Assembly: GCA_964016885.1 (NCBI GenBank)
Contig: OZ024751.1
Span: forward strand, 47,678,001-47,742,000
Direction of reading: 5' to 3'
Source: Eledone cirrhosa
Taxonomy: Eukaryota
DNA: 64,000 nucleotides
Shown one piece after another: positions 29,283-43,374 of this stretch. The notes under the pieces are model-generated. The model was not told the origin of the DNA, did no database searches, and was given only the letters and a program-made list of their open reading frames with translations. The stretch's first letter is position 1, and each line of letters starts with the position of its first letter. Both the position numbers and the translations under genes were made by a program.

Positions 29283-31640
29283 ATTCGATATTATGTGAGA
29301 AAAATATGTGAGAGAAAGCCTTTACCGTGAGAATATAACAGTAAATATAGAGTAATGTAAATGTTATGTGAGATATTATGTGAGGTAAAGCCTTTACTGT
29401 GAGAATATAACAGTAAATATAGAGTAACGTGAATGTTATGTGAGATATTATGTGAGGTAAAGCCTTTAGCGTGAGAATATAACAGTAAATATAGAGTAAT
29501 GTAAATGTTATGTGAGATATTATGTGAGGTAAAGCCTTTACTGTGAGAATATAACAGTAAATATAGAGTAATGTAAATGTTATGTGAGATATTATGTGAG
29601 GTAAAGCCTTTACCGTGAGAATATAACAGTAAATATAGAGTAATGTAAATGTTATGTGAGATATTATGTGAGGTAAAGCCTTTACCATGAGAATATAACA
29701 GTAAATATAGAGTAATGTAAATGTTATGTGAGATATTGTGTGAGGTAAAGCCTTTACCGTGAGAATATAACAGTATATATAGAGTAATGTAAATGTTATG
29801 TGAGATATTATGTGAGGTAAAGCCTTTACCGTGAGAATATAACAGTATATATAGAGTAATGTGAATGTTATGTGAGATATTATGTGAGGTAAAGCCTTTA
29901 CTGTGAGAATATAACAGTAAATATAGAGTAACGTGAATGTTATGTGAGATATTATGTGAGGTAAAGCCTTTAGCGTGAGAATATAACAGTAAATATAGAG
30001 TAATGTAAATGTTATGTGAGATATTATGTGAGGTAAAGCCTTTACCATGAGAATATAACAGTAAATATAGAGTAATGTAAATGTTATGTGAGATATTATG
30101 TGAGGTAAAGCCTTTACCGTGAGAATATAACAGTAAATATAGAGTAATGTAAATGTTATGTGAGATATTATGTGAGGTAAAGCCTTTACCATGAGAATAT
30201 AACAGTAAATATAGAGTAATGTAAATGTTATGTGAGATATTGTGTGAGGTAAAGCCTTTACCATGAGAATATAACAGTAAATATAGAGTAATGTAAATGT
30301 TATGTGAGATATTATGTGAGGTAAAGCCTTTACTGTGAGAATATAACAGTAAATATAGAGTAATGTAAATGTTATGTGAGATATTGTGTGAGGTAAAGCC
30401 TTTACCGTGAGAATATAACAGTATATATAGAGTAATGTGAATGTTATGTGAGATATTATGTGAGGTAAAGCCTTTACCGTGAGAATATAACAGTAAATAT
30501 AGAGTAATCTAAATGTTATGTGAGATATTATGTGAGGTGAAGCCTTTAGCGTGAGAATATAACAGTAAATATAGAGTAATCTAAATGTTATGAGATATTA
30601 TGTGAGGTAAAGCCTTTACCGTGAAAATATAACAGTAAATATAGAGTAATGTAAATGTTATGTGAGATATTATGTGAGGTAAAGTCTTTACCGTGAGAAT
30701 ATAAGAGTAAATATAGAGTAATGTAAATGTTATGTGAGATATGTGACGTAAAGCCTTTACCGTGAGAATATAACAGTATATATAGAGTAATGTGAATGTT
30801 ATGTGAGATATTATGTGAGGTAAAGCCTTTACCGTGAGAATATAACAGTAAATATAGAGTAATGTAAATGTTATGTGAGATATTATGTGAGGTAAAGCCT
30901 TTACTGTGAAAATATAATTGTTTCTACTTTTGGCACAAGACCAGCAATTATCACAGTGCATTACTGGTACTTTATTTTATCGATCCCGTAAGGATGAAAG
31001 GCAAAGTTAACCTCGGCGGGATTTGAACTGAGACCGTAAAGGGACAAACCTCTATACTGCAAAGCATGGCGTCAGATCCTCCACCGATAATATAATAGTA
31101 TATATAGAGTAATGTAAATGTCATGTGAGATATTATGTAAGATAATTATGTGAGGTAAAGCCTTTACCATGAAAATATAACAGTATATATAGAGTAATAT
31201 GAATGTTATGTGTGATATTATGTGAGGTAAAGCCTTTACTGTGAAAATACAATAGTAAATATAGAGTAATGTAAATGTTATGTGAGATATTATGTGAGGT
31301 AAAGCCTTTACTGTGAAAATACAACAGTAAATATAGAGTAATGTAAATGTTATGTGTGATATTATGTGAGGTAAAGCCTTTACTGTGAAAATACAACAGT
31401 AAATATAGAGTAATGTAAATGTTATGTGAGATATTATGTGAGGTAAAGTCTTTACCGTGAGAATATAACAGTAAATATAGAGTAATGTAAATGTTATGTG
31501 AGATATTATGTGAGGTAAAGCCTTTACTGTGAAAATACAACAGTAAATATAGAGTAATGTAAATGTTATGCGAGATATTATGTGTGATATTATGTGAGAT
31601 AATTTTGAGGTAAAGCTTTTACCATGAATATATAATAGTA
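29283..31640. repeat. 72-bp minisatellite array (~29 units) interrupted by a SINE
   Basis: Unit GTGAGAATATAACAGTAAATATAGAGTAATGTAAATGTTATGTGAGATATTATGTGAGGTAAAGCCTTTACC. Confidence 0.95.
30915..31090 (-). mobile_element. Meta-like SINE inserted in the 72-bp array
   Basis: SINE consensus; AATATAAT on both sides (possible TSD). Confidence 0.85.
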
Positions 31641-31692
31641 AATATAATAGTAAATATAAATGCTAAAGGGTTAAGGACATATATATATATAT

Positions 31693-31728
<36 letters not shown>

Positions 31729-31729
<1 letters not shown>

Positions 31730-31779
31730 GTTTCCTGATGATTTCTCGCGAATGAAACAGTTCTAGTCCTGTAGAAGCC
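31729..31779 (+). ncRNA. Complete type I hammerhead motif, family B (element 31729-31866)
   Basis: GGUUUC-CUGAUGA-UUUC UCGC GAAU-GAAACAG UUCUAGUC CUGUA-GAAGCC; stems I and III pair, GUA cleavage triplet. Confidence 0.75.
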
Positions 31780-31927
31780 ATCTCTATATTCAATATTTAT
31801 ACTCTGTTTTGTATTGAGTACCTCACTTACTGTGATTACCCCCGATTGAACCCGAGATAAACTTATATATATACGAGCATCACTGAGTTTGTTCTTCTGA
31901 CAGTTATATGTGTATATATATATATGT

Positions 31928-32478
31928 ATGTTTTCTCTTTCTCTTAATTTCGAGTATATTTTTTTGACCAGCCACCTTCCTGGTGGCAAGGTTGTAAAAG
32001 AAAAGAAATTGTCATCCCTTGAATCGCAAGAATGTTTTGCAAATTTTGAAGGTGCCAGCTATCGCAGCCATTTGTAGACTATGAATTAGGGAGCTGCGCT
32101 TTTTGTCCGCAAATGCAAGTTCAGTCATACTTTGGTCCAAGCGGGTTGGTATATAACCCGTAGCACCAATAATTATGGGTATGAAGCTAAAGGTGTATCT
32201 TGGATACTGGATTTGTAAACTCCTCATCAATGGTCCGTAGATGTCCTCCTTCTCCTGTATTTTTCTGACAACGTTTACATCAAGTGGGCAGCTGATCTCC
32301 ACAACAGAACACGTTTTCAATGTGTGGTCCCAAACTACAATATCAGGCCGGTTGTGCTTTAATTTGGTGGCAGTTTTTATTTTCAGGTTCCACCAGTATT
32401 CCTTAGTGCCATCTGTCTCAATATATTCTTCCTCGTTTGTTGTTAATTTTGTTTTCCGAAGTGCGTTCCAGATGGTTC
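31928..32478 (-). mobile_element. R4/Dong-like non-LTR retrotransposon 3' fragment (restriction-like endonuclease)
   Basis: ..YWWNLKIKT..KHNRPDIVVWD..CSVVEISCPLD.NV..K..EK..Y..L..FIPIIIGATG (PD-(D/E)XK); (CATA)n-type repeats at both ends. Confidence 0.8.
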
Positions 32479-33506
32479 TATGTATGTATGTATGTATGTA
32501 GGTAGGTAGGTAGGTAGGTAGGTAGGTAGGTAGGTAGGTAGGTAGGTAGGTGGGTGGGTAGGTAGGTAGGTATGTATGTAGGTAGGTAGGTAGGTATGTA
32601 TGTAGGTAGGTAGGTAGGTAGGTATGTATGTAGGTAGGTAGGTAGGTAGGTAGGTAGGTAGGTATGTATGTAGGTAGGTAGGTAGGTAGGTAGGTAGGTA
32701 GGTAGGTAGGTATGTATGTAGGTAGGTAGGTAGGTAGGTAGGTATGTAGGTAGGTAGGTAGGTATGTAGGTAGGTAGGTAGGTAGGTAGGTAGGTATGTA
32801 GGTAGGTAGGTAGGTAGGTAGGTATGTATGTAGGTAGGTAGGTAGGTAGGTAGGTATGTAGGTAGGTAGTTAGGTAGGTAGGTAGGTAGGTAGGTAGGTA
32901 GGTAGGTAGGTAGGTATGTAGGTAGGTAGGTAGGTAGGTAGGTAGGTAGGTATGTAGGTAGGTAGGTAGGTAGGTAGGTAGGTAGGTAGGTATGTATGTA
33001 GGTAGGTAGGTAGGTAGGTAGGTAGGTAGGTAGGTAGGTAGGTAGGTAGGTATGTAGGTAGGTAGGTAGGTAGGTAGGTAGGTAGGTAGGTAGGTAGGTA
33101 GGTAGGTAGGTAGGTAGGTAGGTAGGTAGGTAGGTAGGTAGGTAGGTATGTAGGTAGGTAGGTAGGTAGGTAGGTAGGTAGGTAGGTAGGTAGGTAGGTA
33201 GGTAGGTAGGTATGTATGTAGGTAGGTAGGTAGGTAGGTAAGTAGGTAGGTAGGTAGGTAGGTAGGTAGGTAGGTAGGTAGGTAGGTAGGTAGGTAGGTA
33301 GGTAGGTAGGTAGGTAGGTAGGTAGGTAGGTAGGTAGGTATGTAGGTAGGTAGGTAGGTAGGTAGGTAGGTAGGTAGGTAGGTAGGTAGGTAGGTAGGTA
33401 GGTAGGTATGTATGTAGGTAGGTAGGTAGGTAGGTAGGTAGGTAGGTAGGTATGTATGTATGTATGTATGTATGTATGTATGTATGTATGTATGTATGTA
33501 TGTATG
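32479..33506. repeat. ~1-kb (TAGG)n/(TATG)n tetranucleotide microsatellite
   Basis: Direct reading. Confidence 0.97.
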
Positions 33507-34092
33507 TCAGGTCACCAGTTGGTGCTACTGGTAACATGTATCCCAGTACAACCTGTCCCATGGTCGGGTCGTTGGCGACTAAACTGGCAACCCCACCAAG
33601 GTTTCTTGGTGAGGAGGGTGACTTTGGACATCCTGCAGGAATAAAAACAAAACCTTAAGAGTCAATGGCCATCCAAAATCACTGGGAGAGATGACCCCTT
33701 AGCCTTTGTCAAGGCAGAATTCTAGGAGAAGGAAAACTCTGATATAACACCTGCAACCCTGATGGTATCCAATGATGTTGACTTGTTCTTATTTTTGGTA
33801 AATATCATCTTGGTTAAGAGAGTGGGACTGGCTTTGTGCAGTGCCTTTGCTCACTATAAAAGCTTCACGGCACAGGCATTGCTTTATATCTGCACATCTC
33901 TCTGCACTTGTCGTCACATGGTACCATGGGCCCAGCACTATGTGTCAATAATGGTCACAAGTGTAGTGTTTGTACCAGAGTTTTCAAGTCGCTGACTGAA
34001 CTAAAAAGTCACACTTGTTCAGCGCATCGGTAGGGGTTCTCCTACATGGATATAAAGTAGTAGCCGTACTCGAAAACGAGTTGGCAGCCACT
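33507..34092 (+). mobile_element. Bipartite non-autonomous RTE-derived element (5' UTR joined to ORF 3' end and 3' UTR), (ATGT)n tail
   Basis: RTE 5'UTR-like CTAGGAGAAGGAAAACTCTGA motif; C-terminal C..C.RVFKSL..LKSH...H finger remnant; second copy at 2641-3090. Confidence 0.7.
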
Positions 34093-34235
34093 ATGTATGT
34101 ATGTATGTATGTATGTATGTATGTATGTATGTATGTATGTATGTAGGTAGGTAGGTAGGAATATATCAACATAAGTATTTGTGAATATTCATTTGACGTT
34201 ATAAAGCGCAAACATGGCACTGAACACAGAGTTGA

Positions 34236-34275
<40 letters not shown>

Positions 34276-34293
34276 TGTATATATATATATATA

Positions 34294-34346
<53 letters not shown>

Positions 34347-34444
34347 GGCTTAGGGGCCTAGAGTGTTAGTGTGGAAACACTTGTCAAAGTTTGACAAGTG
34401 TTTCGGCATCATACTGAGTCTCTTGTGTCACATACATAAGTTTG

Positions 34445-34499
<55 letters not shown>

Positions 34500-34506
34500 A
34501 TGTATG

Positions 34507-34599
<93 letters not shown>

Positions 34600-34664
34600 G
34601 TATATATATGTATATATATATACATATATAAATATATATATATATGTATATATATATACATATA

Positions 34665-35202
<538 letters not shown>

Positions 35203-35309
35203 GTTTATATATATATAAATATATGTATATATATACATATATATGTATATATATATACATATATGTATATATATATACATATATGTATATATATATATAT
35301 GTGTATATA

Positions 35310-35472
35310 TGTTCGGTAAACCCATGCGTACATATATATATGTGTGCATGTATGTATATATATACATACTACTGTACGTCTGTATACATATATGTATGTA
35401 CGTATACATACTTATATTTAAATATCAGCCGTACTAAGAGTGAGAAATGAAATTTCATTTTTTTCCATTTAT
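35310..35472 (+). mobile_element. Solo terminal repeat of the 431-bp HHR element
   Basis: Matches ~47183-47352. Confidence 0.7.
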
Positions 35473-35493
35473 TTATATATATATATATATGCA

Positions 35494-35589
<96 letters not shown>

Positions 35590-35595
35590 TATACA

Positions 35596-35641
<46 letters not shown>

Positions 35642-35672
35642 TGTATATATATATATATATACATATATGTAT

Positions 35673-35761
<89 letters not shown>

Positions 35762-35960
35762 TATATACATACATATATATATACATACATATATATATAT
35801 ATATATATACATACATACATATATATATACATATACATATATACACATATACATATATATATATATATATATATACATATATATATACATATATATATAT
35901 ATACATATAGATATATATACATACATACATATATATACACATATATATACATACATATAC

Positions 35961-36012
<52 letters not shown>

Positions 36013-36098
36013 TGTGTGTGTGTATGTATATGAATATATATATCAGTTATATATGTATGCATGTGTGTATGTATCTATACACATAAACACACACACAG

Positions 36099-36181
<83 letters not shown>

Positions 36182-36187
<6 letters not shown>

Positions 36188-36665
36188 AAGTTATATTTAA
36201 AATTGTTGGGTTACAACTAGTAAATATTTATAACTGATATAAAAGCACTCGACAAATATTTGGAGTATATTTACAATATTAAATAAATGGAAAACTATAT
36301 TTATAAAACCATATTTATTTCATTATATATATTTCGGGGATATCATATTAACAATATGCTATGCCTTCATCAGACAAAATACAATATAAACAGTTTTATA
36401 GATAAATATATTCGACATACCGTAATAAACATCAACTTCATTTGAAGAGGTTTACGCTAGCAGTGAAAATGTATTTTCACTGCTAGCGTAAACCTCTTCA
36501 AATGAAGTTGATGTTTATTACGGTATGTCGAATATATTTATCTATAAAACTGTTTATATTGTATTTTGTCTGATGAAGGCATAGCATATTGTTAATATGA
36601 TATCCCCGAAATATATATAATGAAATAAATATGGTTTTATAAATATAGTTTTCCATTTATTTAAT

Positions 36666-36671
<6 letters not shown>
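36182..36671. mobile_element. PLE-type terminus family C fold-back palindrome with HHR motifs at 36317-36378 (-) and 36564-36625 (+)
   Basis: ~200-bp arms meeting at GTGAAAAT-GT-ATTTTCAC; ~90-bp extra tail on the left. Confidence 0.85.
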
Positions 36672-36716
<45 letters not shown>

Positions 36717-36927
36717 CGAAAATGGGATAAAGTTCCATAAAAAAAAAAGAATATAGGTAAAGAGTAAAAGTACAAGTGAAAAGCACAGAGGGTTTACTTT
36801 AAAATAATTTCTTTATCGTTAATCCGACAGAATGAATATTTAAAAAATAATTGTTACATTAAATTAATTTTAATTCAAACACGCACACGCATATACACAT
36901 ATACACATATATATATACATATATAAA

Positions 36928-37092
36928 TAGGAACGAGTAGGACCTCGATGGCTGAGCTCAAGCCGTTTCGACGGCTAATTCCGGACAGCCGTCGGGGTCC
37001 TACTCGCTCCTATTACCCACTCTACTACCCTAAGTATTGAGTACTTTGGTGCGTTATGGTCCACTTGGTTCCTTATCACATTTCCTTCGTTA
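36928..37092. mobile_element. PLE-type terminus family E, asymmetric fold-back
   Basis: Homologous to 34963-35156. Confidence 0.7.
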
Positions 37093-37190
37093 TATATATA
37101 AACATATATATATATATATTATAATATATATATTATTACTATATATATATATATATATAGAAAGAGAGAGAGAGAGAAAGAGAGAGGAGG

Positions 37191-37221
<31 letters not shown>

Positions 37222-37260
37222 GAGGGGGAGAGAGAGAGAGAGAGAAAGAGAGAGGAGGGG

Positions 37261-37295
<35 letters not shown>

Positions 37296-37406
37296 TGTCT
37301 TCGGTGCTGAGGCCGGGAAGACCACTAATCATGGGAGTACTTAATGCATGGGGATATGCACAGTGGGTACTGACACAAGACGAAACCGCTGGGCGTAGCG
37401 GTCGGG

Positions 37407-37457
<51 letters not shown>

Positions 37458-37460
<3 letters not shown>

Positions 37461-37790
37461 GAGGTTATATTTAATTTGTTGGGATTCAACAAAGCTTAAA
37501 CATTTTTTATAACTAAAATAAAGCACTCAACAGTTTAGTGGAGTAAATAGACAATATATTAATAAATGGAAACTATATTTATAAAACCATATTTATTTTA
37601 TTATACATATTTCAAGGGCAACCAAGGCAAGTTATGGTGCGTTTTTTTTTTCCGGGTATGTCAATATTTATTTATAAAACAAATCCGTATTTTATCTGAT
37701 GAAAGCACACCAGAATTTGCCTTTGAAATATGTATAATACAATAAATATGGTTTTATAAATATAGTTTCCATTTATTAATATATTGTATA
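37458..37790. mobile_element. Family C-related inverted terminus, HHR at ~37692-37740 (+)
   Basis: 37551-37618 inverted against 37720-37788; CUGAUGA..GAAAUAUGUAUA. Confidence 0.65.
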
Positions 37791-37803
37791 TATATATTTA
37801 TAT

Positions 37804-37857
<54 letters not shown>

Positions 37858-37862
<5 letters not shown>

Positions 37863-38175
37863 GAGGGTGACCCCCAAAAATGTATGCACACTTCAACAAT
37901 TTTCTAATAAATATTGCCTGTACATTTTTTGGGGGACGCCCTGTATATATATACCCTGTATATATATACCCTGTATATATATATACTCATTAGTCTGTAA
38001 ACGAAACTTCCTCGGTTTTTTTCTATTATATACAGTATACATATATATACAGTGTATATATATATATACTGTATATATATAAATATATATATATATCGAG
38101 GGTGACCCCCAAAAATGTATGCACACTTCAACAATTTTCTAATAAATATTGCCTGTACATTTTTTTGGGGACGCC

Positions 38176-38180
<5 letters not shown>
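37858..38180. mobile_element. Two copies of a short Tc1/mariner-like MITE (37858-37945, 38095-38180)
   Basis: GAGGGTGACCCCCAAAAATGTATG...TGTACATTTTTTGGGGGACGCCCTG|TA, imperfect TIRs. Confidence 0.55.
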
Positions 38181-38226
<46 letters not shown>

Positions 38227-38416
38227 TTATAAGAACAGATTAAAGTTTAAGCAAAGAATATATATATATATATATATCAGATAGGTGGTGGTAAAAATCC
38301 AGGTAGACCATAATCCACAAGAGTACTCAATACTTGGAGTTGTAGAGTGGGTAAGATGAAAAGATTCAGTGCAGATCTATGTGTCGAAACGGCCGAAATG
38401 TGTGTGAGAGAGAGAG

Positions 38417-38460
<44 letters not shown>

Positions 38461-38461
<1 letters not shown>

Positions 38462-39094
38462 TATTTCTTTTATTTGCCACTAGGGCATCAAAAGTGGGAC
38501 AAGTACAAAGGGGGGAGTTTACACAAAAAGGCGTCCTCAATAAGGAGAAGGCAATAACAAAATATAAAAATAAAATAAGATATAACAAAAAATAAAATTT
38601 TTAACAAAATCCTCAATAGAGAGGAGGCGCCTTGGGGGGTCGCACACACCCCCGAAAAAAGTGTGCAACCCTTCTCCTCAGGAGCACAGAGAAGGGGTGC
38701 TCCCTTGGTCTTTTATCTTCCTCACCTATAGTCTGATGTAGAGTGAAGGCCCATTCACACGGGCCATTCTCGCCACTTTCACCCATCTTTCATAGAAACG
38801 GCTGGGGTGCAGCACCTCTCTCTCCATCCTGATCCTTCTTCCGAAATGATATCGGAAGAAACGGACCAGTTGTTGGCCAGAGAGAAAGGTGCCTGACCTC
38901 AGTCCTTTCAGACGCGTCCACCATACAACCTCTTTCGCCATGGCTATTACGCACAGAAACACCGCCTCTGCTTCATCTTTGAAGGGGGGAGGCGGCTTGA
39001 TCATTACAATCGACTCGGTGGTCAACCGGATCGGTCCCACCCTTGACAGCAGTTGTTCGACATAGCCCCACAGATCGGCTACGCCCGAGCAGTG

Positions 39095-39095
<1 letters not shown>
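38461..39095 (-). mobile_element. Tx1-like LINE 3' fragment in (GATA)n
   Basis: ORF 38726-39040 identical in protein to the C-terminus of 43967-44674; (GATA)n both sides. Confidence 0.9.
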
Positions 39096-39145
<50 letters not shown>

Positions 39146-39147
<2 letters not shown>

Positions 39148-39446
39148 TTCTTTATTTACCATAAAGGCATAAAAAGAAGGGACAAATACAAAGGAGGAGT
39201 TTACATATAATCGAATAAAAAGGGTGTAACATGAAAATAATCGAAAATAACCTCAAAAGGGAGGGGACGTGATGGGGGTTGCACACACCCCCGAAAAAGT
39301 GTGCAATCCTTTGCCCGGGGAGCACATGGAGAAGGTGCTCCCCTCTCCTTTACTTCTTTACCTACAGGATGGTATACAGAGAAGGCCCATTTACACGAGC
39401 CATTCTCGCTACTATCACCCACCTTTCATAAAACTGCCTGTGGCAA

Positions 39447-39447
<1 letters not shown>
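39146..39447 (-). mobile_element. Tx1-like LINE short 3' fragment (other subfamily) in (GATA)n
   Basis: ..ERWVIVARMARVNGPSL..; (GATA)n both sides. Confidence 0.8.
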
Positions 39448-39530
<83 letters not shown>

Positions 39531-39699
39531 CATATAATGAAAATATGAAACTTACCGTTAGTTGCAATTTTACATTAAGGTCCCTTAAAGTTAGAAAATC
39601 CTTCTTTCTGTTTTTATATTTAGGAAGAGTTAGTTTCAATATATATTTCGTCTTTATATTACTTTAATTATAACTATTGCTATGGTTATATTTTTTTAT

Positions 39700-40045
39700 A
39701 GTTGTGTTGTTGTTGTTGGTGGTGGTGCTAGTGTTGGTCGTGGTGCTGGTGTTGGTTGTGGTGCTGGTGTTGGTTGTGGTGGTGTTAGTATGGTTGATAT
39801 TGATGGTGGTGGTGTTGTTGGTGCTGGTGGTTGTGGTGTTGGTGTTGGTGTTAGTTGTGGTTGTGGTGTTGGTGCTGGTGGTGTTGGTAGTGTTAGCGGT
39901 GCTAGTATGGTTGTTGTTGTTGGTGTTGGTAGTGCTGGTGCTGGTGTTGGTGTTGCTATGGTTGATAATGATGGTGGTGGTGGTGGTGTTGGCTATGGTA
40001 GTGGTGGTGGTGGTGGTTATAGTGTTAGTAGTAGTTTTAGTACTG
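39700..40045. repeat. (GGT/GTT/GCT)n low-complexity trinucleotide tract
   Basis: Direct reading. Confidence 0.85.
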
Positions 40046-40128
40046 TAATTGTTGCTTCTCTCACAAAGATCAACCGGCGCAACTTTGTGAATAGACTCTA
40101 CGTTGATTAATGTGTACCTGTGTGCGTG

Positions 40129-40204
<76 letters not shown>

Positions 40205-40270
40205 TATATATATATATTTATATATATATATATATATATACGTGTGTGTGTGTAATTATATATTTACATA

Positions 40271-40340
<70 letters not shown>

Positions 40341-40509
40341 ATATGTTTCTTTATAGATAGATAGAAAGATGAATAAATGTTATGTCCGTATGTGCATATG
40401 TGTGTGTGTGAGCACGTGTGTAACAACTTGTGTGTGATTATGTATGCAAAGTTTTTTTAAAGATGACTTAGTTTATAAATTACAACATATATATATATAT
40501 ATACATATG

Positions 40510-40785
40510 TATATCGATATATATGTATTTGTGAGAGTATGTGTATGTATATATGTATACCAATATATATGTATTTGTGAAAGTATGTGTATGTATATAT
40601 GTATATCAATATATATGTATTTGTGAGAGTATGTGTATGTATATATGTATACCAATATATATGTATTTGTGAGAGTATGTGTATGTATATATGTATATCA
40701 ATATATATGTATTTGTGAGAGTATGTGTATGTATATATGTATACCAATATATATGTATTTGTGAGAGTATGTGTATGTATATGCC
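40510..40785. repeat. ~46-bp tandem repeat (~6 units)
   Basis: ATATATGTATTTGTGAGAGTATGTGTATGTATATATGTATA(C/T)CA repeated. Confidence 0.85.
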
Positions 40786-40826
40786 TATATATACGTACGT
40801 ATAGGTTTTTATGAACAAATATAAGA

Positions 40827-40878
<52 letters not shown>

Positions 40879-41087
40879 TTATATATATATATATTTATGT
40901 GCACGTATATGTATTATGCATATAAATATATATAAAGTGTTCACAGAACAATGACAAGGCAAACCACAAATCAATGTAGTACTCAATACAGTTAAAATGT
41001 GTAGTCCTAATGGAGGGTTCCTATGACTCGACTTGCGTTCTACAAATTTGTGTGTATATGGGTGTATATGGATGTGCGTGAATGTCT

Positions 41088-41328
41088 ATGCTAGACGACA
41101 AAAGTTGGGTGTTTGTTGGTGTATGCGATATATATATATGTATATGTATGTATATGTATGTATGTGTGTGTATGTATATATGGTATTAGACAAACGTTTG
41201 GTGTTTCTTGGTGTATGCGATATATATATATATGTATGTATGTATGTATATGTGTGTATGTATATATACTATTAGACAAAAGTTTGGTGTTTGTTGGTGT
41301 ATGCTATATATGTATATATATATATGTG

Positions 41329-41427
<99 letters not shown>

Positions 41428-41504
41428 ATGTGTGTATGTATATATACTATTAGACAAGAGTTTGGTGTTTGTCGCTGTCTGATATATATTTATATATACA
41501 TGTG

Positions 41505-41537
<33 letters not shown>

Positions 41538-41718
41538 ATATATGTTTGGATGTATATATAAGTATGTATGTTTATATGTATATATGTATGTTTATATGTA
41601 TATATAAGTGTGTATGTTATAAGACAAGAGTTTAGTGTTTGTTGGTGTATGATATATATATGTATATTTATATGTATGCGTATACGTACATGTATGTATA
41701 TATATATATGTGTGTAAG

Positions 41719-41749
<31 letters not shown>

Positions 41750-41860
41750 ATGTATATGTATGTATATATATATATATGTGTGTGTGTGTATGTATATGTA
41801 TGTATATATATATATATATATATATATGCTATAAGAGAAGAGTTTGGTATGTTGATGTGT
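41088..41860. repeat. Compound tandem array: TAGACAA(A/G)AGTTTGGTGTTTGTTGGTGTATG units separated by variable microsatellites
   Basis: About 6 units at ~41092, 41187, 41273, 41451, 41621, 41833. Confidence 0.75.
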
Positions 41861-41926
41861 GAGCAACAGAAATTATTATCCACGGTGAAAAATCACCTTT
41901 GCCTCTCTGTTCTTCTCCAGCTAAAC

Positions 41927-41970
<44 letters not shown>

Positions 41971-42067
41971 GAGAGTGGGAGAAAGAGGGAGAGAGAGTCA
42001 CGATCTTCTCTCTCCGTTCATTATTTTGTTCTGCACACCTTCCAAATACCACACTATATTATATCAT

Positions 42068-42406
42068 TCTCTCTCTACCGCTCTCTCTCTACCGTCGCTC
42101 TCTCTCTCTCTCTCTCTCTCTCTACCGTCGCGCTCTCTCTCTCTCTCTACCGTCGCGCTCACTCTCTCTATCTACCGTCGCGCTCTCTCTCTACCGTCGC
42201 TCTCTCTCTACCGTCGCGCGCGCTCTCTCTCTCTCTCTCTCTCTCTACCGTCGCTCTCTCTCTCTCTACCGTCGCTCTCTCTCTCTCTACCGTCGCTCTC
42301 TCTCTCTCTACCGTCGCGCTCCTCTCTCTCTCTACCGTCGCTCTCTCTCTCTCTCTCTCCTCTCTACCGTCGCTCTTCTCTCTCTCTCTCTCTCTCTCTA
42401 CCATCG

Positions 42407-42439
<33 letters not shown>

Positions 42440-42468
42440 ACCGTCGCTCTCTCTCTCTCTCTCTACCA

Positions 42469-42499
<31 letters not shown>

Positions 42500-42503
42500 A
42501 CCG

Positions 42504-42534
<31 letters not shown>

Positions 42535-42538
42535 ACCG

Positions 42539-42580
<42 letters not shown>
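42068..42580. repeat. (TC)n array punctuated by TACCGTCGC
   Basis: Direct reading. Confidence 0.9.
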
Positions 42581-42583
<3 letters not shown>

Positions 42584-42707
42584 ATTAACTCACTCGCGCT
42601 CTAGGCACTTTCCTCTCGTTCTGTCTTACAGTATTCTATCACATAAAGCAAACACAGAGACAGACACACACGCGCTCTCTCCCTCTCTCTCACACACACA
42701 AAACACG

Positions 42708-42738
<31 letters not shown>

Positions 42739-42885
42739 CAAAACACGCTCTCTCTCTCTCTCTCACATACACACACATACCACACTCATTCTATATGTCA
42801 TGGTCTCAACATGTACGCACACACACACAAACATGCTCTCTCTCTCTCTCTCCATCTCTCTCTCTCTCTCTTCTCTCTATGTATA

Positions 42886-42922
<37 letters not shown>

Positions 42923-42950
42923 GCATATGTATATATTATATATATGCATA

Positions 42951-43023
<73 letters not shown>

Positions 43024-43061
43024 GCATATACTATATATATATATACATATGTATATATATA

Positions 43062-43128
<67 letters not shown>

Positions 43129-43315
43129 CATGTCTGTGTGTGTGCGTACATGTTGAGACCATGACATATACATATGTATATATATATATATATACATATA
43201 TACATATGTGTATCTATACATATATATATATATATATATATACATACATATGTATATACATATGTATATATATATATATATACATACATATGTATATATA
43301 TAGATATGTATATAT

Positions 43316-43374
<59 letters not shown>

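Noticed and set aside
29269-30264. 331-aa ORF of 24-aa repeats; also considered as a CRISPR-like array
   Set aside because: Artefact of a 72-bp unit with no stop in one frame; the array has indels and a SINE insertion; no unique spacers; eukaryotic context.
32443-33561. 372-aa LPTY-repeat ORF; possible telomere-like repeat
   Set aside because: Translation of (CCTA)n; the unit is TAGG, not TTAGG or TTAGGG.
39677-40110. Gly-rich or Val/Leu-rich ORFs resembling structural proteins
   Set aside because: Degenerate trinucleotide tract open in several frames; no signal peptide or splice support; similar tract at 58990-59390.
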